Assembly: GCA_964036045.1 (NCBI GenBank)
Contig: OZ038378.1
Coordinates: forward strand, 158,038,001-158,102,000
Direction: 5' to 3'
Origin: Eutreptiella sp. 'Long Island Sound 2002'
Lineage: Eukaryota; Protista; Euglenida
DNA length: 64,000 bases
The notes beneath the pieces were generated by a model that ran no database searches, had not been told where the DNA came from, and saw nothing but the letters and a program-made list of their open reading frames with translations. Of this stretch, positions 12,640 through 25,221 are shown piece by piece; positions within the stretch are counted from its first letter, which is position 1, and each line of letters opens with the position of its first letter. A program made the position numbers and the translations under genes.

Positions 12640-13740
12640 GTGGCTACATAACCCTGCCGTCTGGGGGGATGGGTCCTGGGGGACTGGGTCCTGGCTGGCA
12701 GCAGCCCCTGGGAGAAATCAATATGGCTACATAACCCGTTCAAAAAGCATGGATTAGGGCTCCGCATCAAAAATGGCCCCAAAAAATGACGGGGGTGCAC
12801 CCAGCGCGCTGACGCTCCCCCTATGAGCAAGCAGTGTGCGAAACATTGCAGCCTGAGTGCACAAAATTCAACCCAAAGAAAGCCTTGCATTGCTGCTGAT
12901 GACAGCTGTGTCCAAAGAAAACCACAAACACACCATCTTAAATGGTAAATGCCTTCTGAGACTGGGAACTGACAGAATAGCGGTTCTCAAAATGCTGAAA
13001 CTTGGCGAGGAATACTGCAAGGACCATGACGAGATCAAATTTTGCTTGGATTGTGTCAACAGATCCCGGTCAGTAAGAACATGCAGTCCTGCATGCACAG
13101 CACTGGCCATGTGTTCAGGGTGGGAAGGCCAGCCAAAAGGCAGGAAAAATGCACCCACTGGGAATGCACTGGTTGAACTGCACATTTTTGCACAACGGTA
13201 GACTACTGCAAAGCACACAAACTTGGAACCGTGTTGCATCAACGAGGAATATGTTCATGGTACAAGCGACACTGCAAGCAAATGAACAATTTGAAAACCA
13301 GCGAAGCCAAATGATCTCGGATCTGAGCCCACCCACTGACGGTGTTCATGTATGGACAGCAGATCATACACAAGAAGCAGAGAACATCCGGAATCTGGCC
13401 CTGACTACAAAGGCCTTGTTCAGACGTTGGTGTTTTTTCGTGATGTTCAGGGCACAACGACTGCCATACAGGCTCGACAGAAATCTGATCCAATTCAGAG
13501 ATGTGTCCCGGCCATATGGGCCTAAGTCACCGTGGCCCCCTGATTTCAAAAACACGTTTTCATGCGCTTTCACCAAACCAATTGCACTCCAATCGATTCC
13601 CGGTCGAAACGGATGAGCGTGGCAAAATCAGCTCCGGCCAGTGGGCCAGCACAGGACCACTTCAGCCTCATATGGGTACGTCACCCAGAGCAGACAGGGT
13701 AAGCCCTTCACCTCTCAGGCGCAGCAAATCTTGAAAGGAA
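12640..13740 (+). mobile_element. Possible highly decayed retroelement C-terminal fragment
   Basis: A PCRLGGWVLGD segment resembles the LP..GGLG RT-tail motif and is followed by fragmented ORFs. Support is weak. Confidence 0.3.
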
Positions 13741-16175
13741 CCTGAGCCCTCTCTGCCTCAAGGTTCAGGGGCAACGCCCCTTGGACCCCATTGAAATTGG
13801 AGGCAGCCAGAGCCCCAGCCCAGGCCCCGATCCCGACCGCCATCCCAAGAAAGAATGCAATGGAAAAAAAAGATGCAGAAAATGCGGGAAACTCTGGGCA
13901 GCAGCGTTCCCAAACCTGTCAATTCACACTGCGATCCAATATTCTCAGTATGTATGGGTGAAATGAGCTGCTGCGAGACGAAGATGCCCCATAACTGGTT
14001 TGTTGCAACAGCCAGTGTGCAGGGGGTGGCAGGGCACGAAGTGGAAGGCTGCCCAATGTCTCATAAATTGCTGATGCCCATCACACAGAAAGCCACAGAG
14101 GGCCACGTTTTGAGGGTCAGAGGACTGAACGGGCGCTTTTCGCGCAAACTACAGCTGTGCCATGTTCATACGCCTGCCCCTAAATCGGGGTATCCTGGGG
14201 TATGAAAGAGGGAGAGATCAGGCGGGGGGGGATGGGAGGTTACTTTTGCAATGGCAAGGGGAACTTTGGGGTCAGGCCACTGGAGGCCTGTGGTGTCACT
14301 GCCATGGGACTGTTTAGTGCACAATCCACTTTTGAATGCTGTGGCTGCCATAACAAACCACTGTTGAAAGCAACGCAGAAATGGGGCGCAGTAATGCGTT
14401 GCAACGCTGTTTTGTCTGCTATTCCAGGCAACTTACCAGCGCCCAGCACTATTACCGTGTATTCGAAACTTTGGAAATGCTCCGTTCTGCAACCACGGAT
14501 AACCAAGCGAGCAGACAGAGAGGTTACAACAACGGACAAAAAAAAGAAAGGTCTGGATCCAACTGGAAAGGAAAACAGACAGCAGCAGACTGAATCGACA
14601 GTGGGCAGGACAGACAAATCGAAGAACTTTGGATGCTTTGGAATGTCTCGTTTGTGGCCTCCAGTGGAGCCTCTGGAAATGCCATTACACTTCAACTGAT
14701 ACACACAGCAACAACACACACACATATCAGGCCTCGAAGGTGACTCCCCAATTCGAGCCACCACAAATTCACCGTACGCTCTGGTTCATCCATCAGCACC
14801 AGTGAATTGGGGCTTCTAAAACAGAAACCGGTGTCTTGGTGGTGGTGGTGTGCACTCCAGCAATGAGTGAATGAATTTAGAGGGGGGTCCAGGCTGCAGC
14901 GTTAAAGCGCAAATGCGGACACGTCAGAGCAAACCCCGCCCCGCCACGGCACACACCTGTGCACACACAAAGCAAATGCTCTCCTGCTCAGCACTGAAAC
15001 ATTCTTGTACGGCGGGGGCGGGAAACGACGCCCACCACCTCCTCCGCTAGCTGTACCAGCTGTTTGTGCAATTTCACCTTGTGAATGTGTGAATGAAACG
15101 CTTGTGTCACAGAGCAAAGAGATCCTTTGGCCCTGTTGCGGTTGCAATGTGTGCCTGGCTCGCTTCCAACCTTTCACAAACCATTGCACCGTCCAGTGCT
15201 CTGTAGACACAGGGATGTGCCGTAAGCCACAGACCCGTCTTCGCAGAAGGCATGACAACTCAGAAATGAGCTCGCGTGCAATCCACCCAGGCATGTCTGT
15301 CTCCCTCTGGCCCCCCTCTGCCCGATCGATATGATCCCTGTGCTGTCTGGGCGCTTCGGGGAGTTCTGAAGCTGCAAGCCGCTCATCATGCATAGCCATT
15401 ATCGCAGTTGTACAGCGCCCCAGTAAATTTGCAGCAACCCCGCCGCCACCATTCTGCCCTCGGCCACAGCTGAAGCTGAAAGTCGGCCTTGGAAACGACC
15501 CATGGGTCGATGAACCATCTCAGCTGGTGTGTAAAATGGAATCCCCCAGCATGTGAGTCGTGTTGAGTGAATAACACATCCGTGTGGAGAGGAAATCATC
15601 AAAACAAAGTCGCCTCATGGGGTCATTTGGGGGGTTCAAGTAACATTTTGGGGTTAGGGTCATGTGCGAACCCTTTACGGAGGTCTAGGGGCATATCGCA
15701 TATCATGTCGTAGTGTAAGAAGCGGTTTACCACGACTTCGCCATGCAACATGTTCAACGGAAGAACGTACCATTTTTTTCTACACGGCGCATTAGCAATT
15801 GGAAACTCGCGACTTTTACGCCCCCCCCTCCCCCCACTATTTCTTCCAAAAATCATATTCCAATAAGCTACGCATATATATATATGACGAACTCCCGCTC
15901 CCAACTTCCGTTCCCACTCCAATGTTCTCATAAGATGCGAAATAGATTCTTGCCTAGGTCACGGTGCATGTGTCGGAATAAGAGTACTTAGGCATTCGCG
16001 TTGATGGTACACGCCATCCCTACACCCGTATCCCCTTTGTAGCCGGCTGTAGTATCACACTACACAATATGGGGAAGCAAATCTATTTTGCATGAGCCGT
16101 GTCTGCATATCTCAAAAACCAAAAAATTCTCAAAAACGGTGACTTTGACGCTTCAATTTTGGGTCAAAACACAGC

Positions 16176-19100
16176 TCACTCATCATTCTTCTCCGGATCA
16201 ACTTCCTTATCATCCACAACCACAGGCATCTTGGGTGAATTTGGGATTGGCGCAGCGGGAGGAGTTGGCTTCGGTGTAAAAGGGATGGTTGGCACTTTGG
16301 ACGGATCTAACTTATCCAAGCGGACGCTACACAAAAGTTGCTCGGGCAACTCATCATCTTCTTCACCTTGGATGACGACGCAATACTCAAAAGTCACCTA
16401 CAAGAAACACAAAGGAATCCCGGATTAAGCACACACTCGGACACGATCTCGGCCAACATCGGAAACAAATCAACCAACCAACCAATGATCTAGGTTACGA
16501 GACAAAGAAACAATACACGCGGAAGCATTCCATCACGAGTAAAGGCAATGGCCACAATGCGCACTTCACGCGGCGTCTTCATTGCGTTTGAATTGTGCAT
16601 GAGAAAGAAACTTGCGAGGGCATAGAAGTGGACGGTGTAAAAGCCGTCCACTTCAAACGAACAGACAAACCTTACAATGCTAAAATGTTGGTGCGGTCAT
16701 GTAATATAGGAAAAAATGATGAAAAGGTGAACCTACCTCAGGTCTTTTCGTTCATGGGTTCTCCAATAGTTTTTTTTTTCGACCGAAATCTCCAGTTTGA
16801 GGAAGTCTACGCGTCCACACGGAATGCAACCGCATGTGATTGGCGGTGCAGTGTCCGCACACTACCCGTTTAGTTGTTGGGTGAATGTTTCAATGTAAAA
16901 GGAAATTGAAAATTGAACGAACCGTGTGATAGGACTAAGACGATAATTTAGAGGATCAAAATGGCAGTCACATCGTGCGGGCACAAGAGTAGTTTCTTCA
17001 AATACACATTAGATTGGGCAACAAAGCAACAAGAAGGAATAGGTTGACTATGGAGTAATTGAAAACGTTTAAAGAGATTCACTAGTCCGGCCAATGCCAT
17101 GAGATGGTACAACCTTTTGGTCTCCCAAAGCGTTCCCAAATCGAAAGTTGAAGCACGTTGGCAAGGGGAATGAGCATACGCCCATTGCATTGGTGGGCTT
17201 TTTATTGTTCGATGGATGCTGTTCCTCATGCCCTTGCATGGTCAACCCAAGAATGCAGTAATTATCAACAACACACGTCACCGAGATACGTCACCGAGGC
17301 CCAACTTTGACCTTACATTGTAATACCCAAGAAGACCAAATGGAGTGACAAAGGGAGGCATTTCGTCACACCTTGTGGTGTGGTAGGTCAGAAAACGGTC
17401 AATTCCATGCTCTTTGTAGTGAGCATGAATATGGCGGCTGAACCTTTCGACTTTGGTGGCGAGGCCACATTTGAACTACAACAGCATGCAAATTGCAAGG
17501 GAGTTCAAAGCAAATACCTGCGTTGCCACCTCGCTGCAGCTGTAGAGTGCTATTCGAGCCGTTTTGCCAAAATTGTGGATGTCGATGTCGATTTCATAGT
17601 AATGTGGTCCTCCGTAGAACGATGACGTCGTTCGCACAAGGAAGGGCTTGCCATTGTACTTGCTATGGTAGCGAGAGCATTGGTAAATGAAGTATTTAAC
17701 TAGCAAAAGTAGCCGCAAGACAATGCAAGCGGCCTACAACACCTAAGTTTGTCAACTGCATTGCAAGCGTCGCATTGCAAATGAGGCGTCGCCCATTAGT
17801 GTGCGATACGGGTCCGTCTCGTCCGTCGTTTTTCTTTCGTTTGCAACTACCCGTGAGTGTACCTTGTGCCTCCCCAATTCGACATTTTGGTTCGCCGATA
17901 GCATGCAAGACCCAAAAATTGCTTCAATACTTACTATTTTCTTCTCTATCGTAAAAATGATTAAAGTGATGGATTGCAACCACTCTTGCAAATGTGGTGC
18001 TCAATAAGCGGAGGATAAATGTAGTGCACACATGGCAACATTGATTTCAAGAAACATGTTGATACACCGTTGAAATCCGTTCACATGGAGTTGAAGCACA
18101 CGGTGGTGCATTTGTCCACACTGGATTGCAATATTTTCAAACGCAACATGATCAAACACCATTAGCACACGTTCAAACAGGATTGGTGCGCAGACTCACC
18201 GTGAGCCTACCCCGCAAGTAAACAGGGGATGAGATGAAGAGGAGCCAATGTACCTACGTCGTGCCCCCGTCTATCTTACAAATTGCATTGCACTTGGTAA
18301 TCGCACCGAGCTGACAATTGACACGACTATATGCGATGTAACGGCCCACTAAACCTTTTTAGCAAAAATGCACATGTTCAAATGGGATCACCCACCTTTT
18401 TGTACGTGTGGCCATGCTACGTGAACATGTGTCCAACTCACGAATGCATTTTTAACGGAAAAAAATGGACAGTGCGTGCACCGATCGGTACTCGCATCAT
18501 TACTTGCACAATATTCGACCAAACATACTTAATTAAGCTTCGGGTCGCGGTGTTGAAGCCCACTTCATCAGCATTCACGGCACGGACAATGCACTTCAAT
18601 CGCTTTTTCATTGGTTCTTGCCGCTCTGCTTCAACAAATGCTTTCCATAGCTTCAAGGCTGGAGAAGGCTCGTTCTTGCGTAGTAGGTCGAGGGCGTCTT
18701 CGGTCAACCGACAATACAACACCACACACCAACTTTCACCATCACCGGCGGCTGACCATACCAAGTTGGGAGCATATCGCGGAACCATCAAATTTATCAC
18801 CAAATTGTAGGGAAGCCCTGAGGCAAGAGATGAAGGTGTGAAAAAATCTTGGATCACAAGAGTGCCCGTTTTGATGGAAACGGTGTCCGTAGGGCATGCC
18901 TACCAAGCCTCCCCTCCGAACGATTACTCAAAGGCGAATGGATGCATCCCAAACCAAACCAACAACGTCATACCGAGGCCGTCGTCCGTTGGAAGGTCAA
19001 TGTATTGCGCAAAATGTGGAACCTTCTTGGGAGACTGATAGGCATCCACTGCAACCATTTCATAAATAGCGGGGCCACTTGGTTCCTTCATTTGCGATGT

Positions 19101-19217
19101 TTTGTAACCTAAGGATCGAACTTGAAAAGACTCCGCTGGGGCGTGCGACCAACACATCTTGTTTGCATCGTCGTCACCTTCGGCCCTTTTCGGTATGCTC
19201 TCGCCCGCCGGGACCAT
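16176..19217 (-). CDS. EDR2 C-terminal domain (DUF1336 / CW14-like) protein. Exons 19217-18974, 18817-18529, 17662-17518 and 16397-16176; 5' end uncertain
   Basis: Splicing at GT-AG sites (donors GTATGA, GTATGT, GTATTT; pyrimidine-rich CAG/TAG acceptors) gives one open frame: PAGESIP..CWSHAPAESFQVRSLGY..KEPSGPAIYEMVAVDAY..LPYNLVINLMVP..KYNGKPFLVR..YYEIDIDIHNF..VIQGEEDDELPEQLLCSVRLDKLD. Confidence 0.88.
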
Positions 19218-20499
19218 CTTGTCTATGACAAACGCCAAACAGAGGAATGAAATGGTGGGGTCGCAAGGTAGCATTATCATGCGGAGGGTCATGAAGACTT
19301 CACATCGCGGTGACCTACGTATTGATGCCTCACACCGCGGTTAAGAAACTTCCACATGCCCGGGAAAAAGAGGAAAACCCTTCAAGAGTATGATGCCGCA
19401 TACCCTTTTGAAGCACATCTCGTACTTTATCATTTTCCACTTGCTTTCGTGCTTCTCGCCTTCATGCCTGTGCATGTCCATGCTTGTCTTCGTGAATAGT
19501 CATGTGCCATTTTCTTCTTTCGGCTCTTGTTCTGTGTGCATTGTTGCCTATCTCAATGCCTATCTGAAGATTGCACCTTTCCTGTAATGCAGTGTGTCCT
19601 ACGTTCTTGTCACATATTCTGTGTGCAAGCAGAGAGTCTTTCTCACCTCTGAAATACTGCGAATACTCTACTCTAGTGCATCAAATAGAAGACCAGTAGC
19701 TAATAAGAGACCAGGACTACCTGAAGTAATTTGAAGTTGAACGCCGGGGGGGATAATCCCCTATTCTAAAGGTAAAAGGTGCTCAAATCGACACTACCCC
19801 ACCACCCTTGTGTTGGGAGTGACGTTATGTGCTTAGGGAAGCAGTTGGTTCCTTTTCCTAGGGAAACCCATGGTGGTTCCAAAAAACCTTGGTGCTTCCC
19901 TAAGTGTGCGTTTGGTGGCCGGGAAATAATTTTTTATTGGGCAATAGGGCCTCTTGGTCCCTCCTGAAATTGGCCTCCTTACTGGGCTTTCCACCACTGT
20001 TGGTATGCTCGTGCCCGCCCCCATTTCGTCGCTCCATTGTCGCACTTGACGCAGTAGTAGGAACAGTACTCGAATGGAGGCAATGGAGGCAGTGACATCC
20101 CATGGCCCAAAAGCACACTACAACGTGGATGGTACACATACAAACATGTAACTGGCACAAATTCTGCAGGTATAACCCTGCATCATACCCCTCGGCACAC
20201 TGACAGGCACAAATCGACGAATTCTTAAAATCCGCATATCGTGCAGGTGAAAACGCATAGGGATGTAGGTCTCCCTCAGGGCTATCAGAAAAGGTATAAT
20301 TCTTATGGCATTCTCGCCCGCGTACTCGATTAACTATAATGTCACAGGTGGTGGGGTAGTGTCGACTCCACTTTTCAATGCGTGCGCCCACCAGCGCACG
20401 TGCCATTCCGGTTTCCGTTGAACGACGGCAGCTATTTTCGGATTTGTGTTGTGTTGTTTGTTTCGGATTTTTAACCAAGCCAAAAAGAAACCCAAGATA

Positions 20500-20830
20500 A
20501 CATACACAGCACTTGCCGAAGCTGTAAGGGACGACGAATTTCCAGCCCAGAATAACACAAGATGACATACACAGCACTCGCCGACGACGCCAAAGCCGAA
20601 GCCGAAGCCGACATGACATACCCAGCACTAAAGACAATTTTCTTGTCAAAATTTAAAATTTACTATTGCATTCTAGACACAGACACATGAGAAATATCGG
20701 TAGTCTATGTCATCTTGGCTTTGGCTTCGGCGTTGGCTTTGGCTTGGGCGTGGGCTTCGGCAAGACTGTGGCTTAATTCCGCGTGTGCTGTGTGTGTCAC
20801 TCTGGCTTCGGCGTGTGCTGTGTGTGTCAC
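20500..20830. repeat. Foldback/MITE-like modular inverted repeats
   Basis: GCCGAAGC, GCCAAAGC and AAGATGACATA modules at 20505-20620 are mirrored by TATGTCATCTTGGC and GCTTCGGC modules at 20706-20825, around an AT-rich core. Confidence 0.5.
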
Positions 20831-21230
20831 GATAAGACCGCGTTTGGTACGGTGTGCCTTTGCCTATCTAACTGTGGCTTTGCGCAAGCCTTTGCTTTAT
20901 TTTTCGTAACGCTCACTAAAGAGACCGAGGCTTAGAATTGGCTAGCGTGCGTGTATCTCCTCTCGCGTCGTAATGTTGGAGACCAAAATTGCATGGAGCC
21001 GTTGCCCCGTAAAATGGATGGCTGGTCCTCTTACATTAATATTAGCAATAGGTGAACCACGATGCAAATTGTTGAAGATCTTTTGCGTATGCGCAATAGG
21101 CGAAGGAAGCGAAACCCTGCCCGGATCCAAAAATTCCCCAATTCCCTTCTACGAGCCACAGTGAAGTGATATCTTTGTATGTATTTTGGCCACACAATGA
21201 TTTTGGCGTGATCCAATTTTTTTTCTCGAA

Positions 21231-23120
21231 ATGGTTGAATGCATTGGGCAAAATGTTCAAGGTGAAACTTTGTGCCGGGCCACAACACACCATACCGAAT
21301 TTCGGACCTTCACATCTCCTAATGTGGATCAACGCACCAAAGACCCCAAAACCCAAGGACCCGAACGAACCCTCCTGCACCTCACGATGCAACCCACGGC
21401 CAATATGCCCACTACCCTAGCGGGAGAAACATACATCATGGTGGAAGGACAAACAGACGACATCATCACGTTGGCCGCATATACGGCGGCAAACGTCAAC
21501 AATGCCTGGGATGCCAACTACCGCCACCCAAGTCTCAACAGAGACACCGTACAGGAGAAGGAGGGCGCCTCCCCATACACTGTGCTACCTGGTGCAGCAT
21601 ACATCTCCAACAGCCAAACCCATCAAGCCTTCGGCAGCACCCTACTCCAGGCAGGGGAATTTTTAAAAGCATTCGTTTTTTTGGGGAAACATAGGCACCA
21701 AGCTCCACGTGCATTCCACCTTTTAAAGTGGAAAACCTGCGAGCACCTGGCTGACTGGAGATGGAGACTGGCAGTGTCCCATAAATTCCATCCCCTCAGG
21801 CGTACTTCACGCCTCATTGGGCGATGCCTCAGTCTGCTTTTGCGCGAGTTTCACATAGCCTTCCCCCTTTGGGGATCCCCAAGCATGATCATTTCCAGAG
21901 ACATGCATTTTATGATGCGTTCACACGGTCGTGAGTCGCTGTCCCTGTGGGAGCGAGACATCAACAATGCGTTCTGGAACCTTGATAAAGAAAAAGTCCT
22001 CCAGGGGATAAAACAGGCGTGCAACCTGGTTAAATCGTACAGAAAAATCACAGGTGATGTTTTTTTCAACATTGCTAAGGGTAACCCGAAGTCTCTGGAT
22101 GGGATGGGGAAGGCCACAGCCAAACACTTCCGCATCGTCTCCATTGGTGAATTGCTTTCCTTTGTTGATTGGGACATGAAAGAAACCTGTTTAACCTGTG
22201 GGGCATCATTCTCCGTCAGCAAGTGAAAGGAGTCCCCATAGGGGGATTCCTGAGAGCACAATTGATGTGCCTGTGTCTGTTAGAGTATAACTTTGTACAG
22301 TCTCCAGATCGTGTCGCAGTTCTGCAACCCATCCTGGAGTCATGGCCCCAAAATTTGGCCCCATTGCCCAGCCTCACTTTCCCCTTTGTTTCCATTGTGC
22401 CGCACGACCTTGGTCATTTCAACAAACATGGTATGTCAGGTTGGTTCCAGCAGGATGCCGCCACCTGCCTGTTCAAACTGCAGATCGACAACCTGGATAT
22501 CCCTGTGATGTGCATCGATGGGTAAGATTATTGACAAGTCGGTTGTCCACCAAAGGCACTTTTTGCGTGGTTATTTCAGCATATTCCAACCCCTCCATTG
22601 CATGGTTGTTGAGGTCCTTGACTCCCCTGTATCTTCACCTGAAGCGCTGATCCTTCTCTCCCGATACATGGACAACAATTACATTGGTGTTATTAACGTC
22701 CCAGCTTGTTACCTGGACGCAGTGCGCACCCTTTTAGCTTCATTCTACTCGGTGTTGTACGACCTTCCCATGAAATGGGAACCAGAGGGCGGCACTGTCT
22801 CGTGGTGTGAAGCTTCGCTGTCTATTGACAGCACTCCCTCATTCGTAAGTCTATCATTTTTTGCTCGTCCCCTAAAGAGCGCCTGCTCAACCTGGAGGCG
22901 GTAGTCCAAGGGTGTGGCTTTAAGGCATACCCCTGGGCCTGGTGGTGGATGCCACTGAGGGTGCGCCTCAAAGATTTGGGGCTTTTGACATCAGTACCCA
23001 TGAACCTTGTAAAGTCGTGTAAAGAATTTTGTATTTGCAAGTCTGATCTAGTTTTGGCGAAAATCGAACATACTTTGTTTCAGATTTATGCTTTTGTTAA
23101 GCTGTTGAGCCTCTGCCGTG
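21231..23120 (+). pseudogene. Frameshifted Penelope-like RT, same family as the 37-44 kb element
   Basis: LLKWK..SHKFHP, ERDINNAF (motif A), FNIAKGNPKSLDGMGK, QVKGVPIGGFL (motif B), RYMDN (motif C, 22662-22676) and YPWAWW each parallel the 1613-aa ORF. Confidence 0.8.
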
Positions 23121-24019
23121 CACGCTTGCATTGTGTTGATCAGACGTCATGGGCCAAATCCTCCAACTAACCTCCCCACCGGAAGAACACAAACAACACC
23201 ACCCCATACAATTAAAGGATTGGATCTTGGACAATCCCCCAACAACGGCCATCATCACCCTGATAGCGTACCAAGAAACCTGGTGGGTGATGCAATGGAA
23301 CGACAAAGGCTCCGTCGTTCAGGCCCACACGTACACACCGGAACCACACACAGCCACCCCAAGGGCTATGGGACAGCGCTTCCACCACGCCACGCACCTC
23401 ACAAACCACCCCTTCGCCCACTGGCTCGCCTTAAAAACGGCCATGCATTGGGCAGTACAAGCACTCCGAACGGACCACACCATCCCACATCTACGGCTGA
23501 CACTCATGCGTAATATTAGCGCCTACCTTAGGCGACACGGAATGCAAGACACGCAACGCTGGGCCTCATGGCCCACAGACACAGATGACACCATCCGCGC
23601 CCGCACCACCAACCTCGAGGCAACGTCCGTCAAAGCGAAAGGGATGCACCAACCCCGACAAGGCACATGACCCCCACACACAATATTCAGACCCGGCTTC
23701 AAACCACACATCCCACCCACTCGCTCTCGCGACCAACGAGCGAGAGGGCCCCATCACACGACAACCCGGCACCACCCAACCCGAAACGGCCTAAACCGGC
23801 ACCTAAAACAGAACCCAAACCCCCACCACCAAAACCAAAAGCACGGACACACCCATCCCAGCTATTCACACGCGACGAAATGGGAGGAATGCACACCGAG
23901 TACGCCCGAGGGGCGGTTGTCTAGGCGCCCCACAAACTAACAACCGCTGGAGGAGAGGTCACGTAGGTATGGTTCGGAGGCACCATCAAAGACTGCCTCC
24001 TCACCCAGGGGAACACGGA

Positions 24020-25075
24020 GCACTACAACTCCGCATATGGTGGAACCCACTGACCTCCCAAGGCCAACGGGGCAAAACCTTGCCGTGGGAGTTGTGGGAC
24101 GACAGGCCATTCCCGGAAATGCCGTTACAACTTCAGACGGCAGCAAACACCATTGCCCCGGGGACCCTCTGGACGGGAGATGTCCCACATGCATGGCTAC
24201 ATGTGCCGGAGTTCACCCCGGAAGAACACGCAGAGGCCATACTCCAACACAAGCTGAACCGCGGACAATGACTACCAAGGGACACCCCAGGGGGTGTCCA
24301 AAACCCACCCCAACAAACCACAATACGGGTAATGGAACATGACATCACCATCCTCTCTCAGGACGAACCAGGGATCCTATACACAACAAACAAATCACGG
24401 GACCTCCAGACACTCCCTCTCCTCCCTGACACGGACCCGGACGTACTGCTCTGGCAAGAACAGGCCCTCAAACAATGGGGTCCCCCGCCCCCACTCACTC
24501 CCCTCACAACAAGACGAGGACACACCTACAACACCACATGGACCAAAGGGGTCCCCATCACCCACTGCCAAGACATCCAGGTACACACACACCGAGACCT
24601 GGGGATAGAGGGCCGTTTGGCAGTGTATGAACTTGTAGGGCCAAGGTGGCAACTAAACATCCTGAACGTACATGTGCCCTTCGGAGAAGCCACGGCGGAG
24701 TACCTCGACCATGTCATGGAGGCATACCGCCGAATGGCCGTCATAGGGCCCACGATTGTCATAAGAGACTTCAACGCGGCACCCACCAACGACGACACAG
24801 AAGGCGCCGCGACACCAGAAGAAACGGCGGTAAGGGCTGCCATGCAACACATGGGCCTGACCGACATCACCGCCTCCCTCCAAGGGCAACCATTGCACCG
24901 CCCACCCCAACCAAGGACCGCCGACTCCCGCATCGACCTATGCTATGCCGACACTCCCCACATCACGCCCATCAAGATGAGGCACCACGACCTCCCATCA
25001 AAAACCACAGGGCACCGTCCCTATGGAAGTCAACATACAAGTGGCGCAGCTGGCCCCCCACGCGACAGACCATGA
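24020..25075 (+). CDS. AP-like (EEP) endonuclease domain of the LINE, frameshifted
   Basis: LRIWWN, ILNVHVP, IVIRDFNA, SRIDLCY and TGHRP motifs. Confidence 0.85.
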
Positions 25076-25221
25076 GACCGAAGGCATACCACCTCCACTC
25101 CAATTCCCTCCGGATACAGCACACGACCGTTGGACAACGTACTAACGTACGGTGGAACACATCATGCACACACAACACCCGCATGACCTCAACTTGGCTA
25201 TGCGCCAAGCGGTTGTAGCAT

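Noticed and set aside
14902-15602. Exons of a host gene on the minus strand
   Set aside because: The frames break at TGA TGA, no domain is recognised, and no consistent splice pairing was found.
17205-17281. Alternative exon in the EDR2-like gene (GLTMQGHEEQ resembles VIQGEEDD)
   Set aside because: There is no AG acceptor upstream and no LPE..RL continuation, so it is probably chance.
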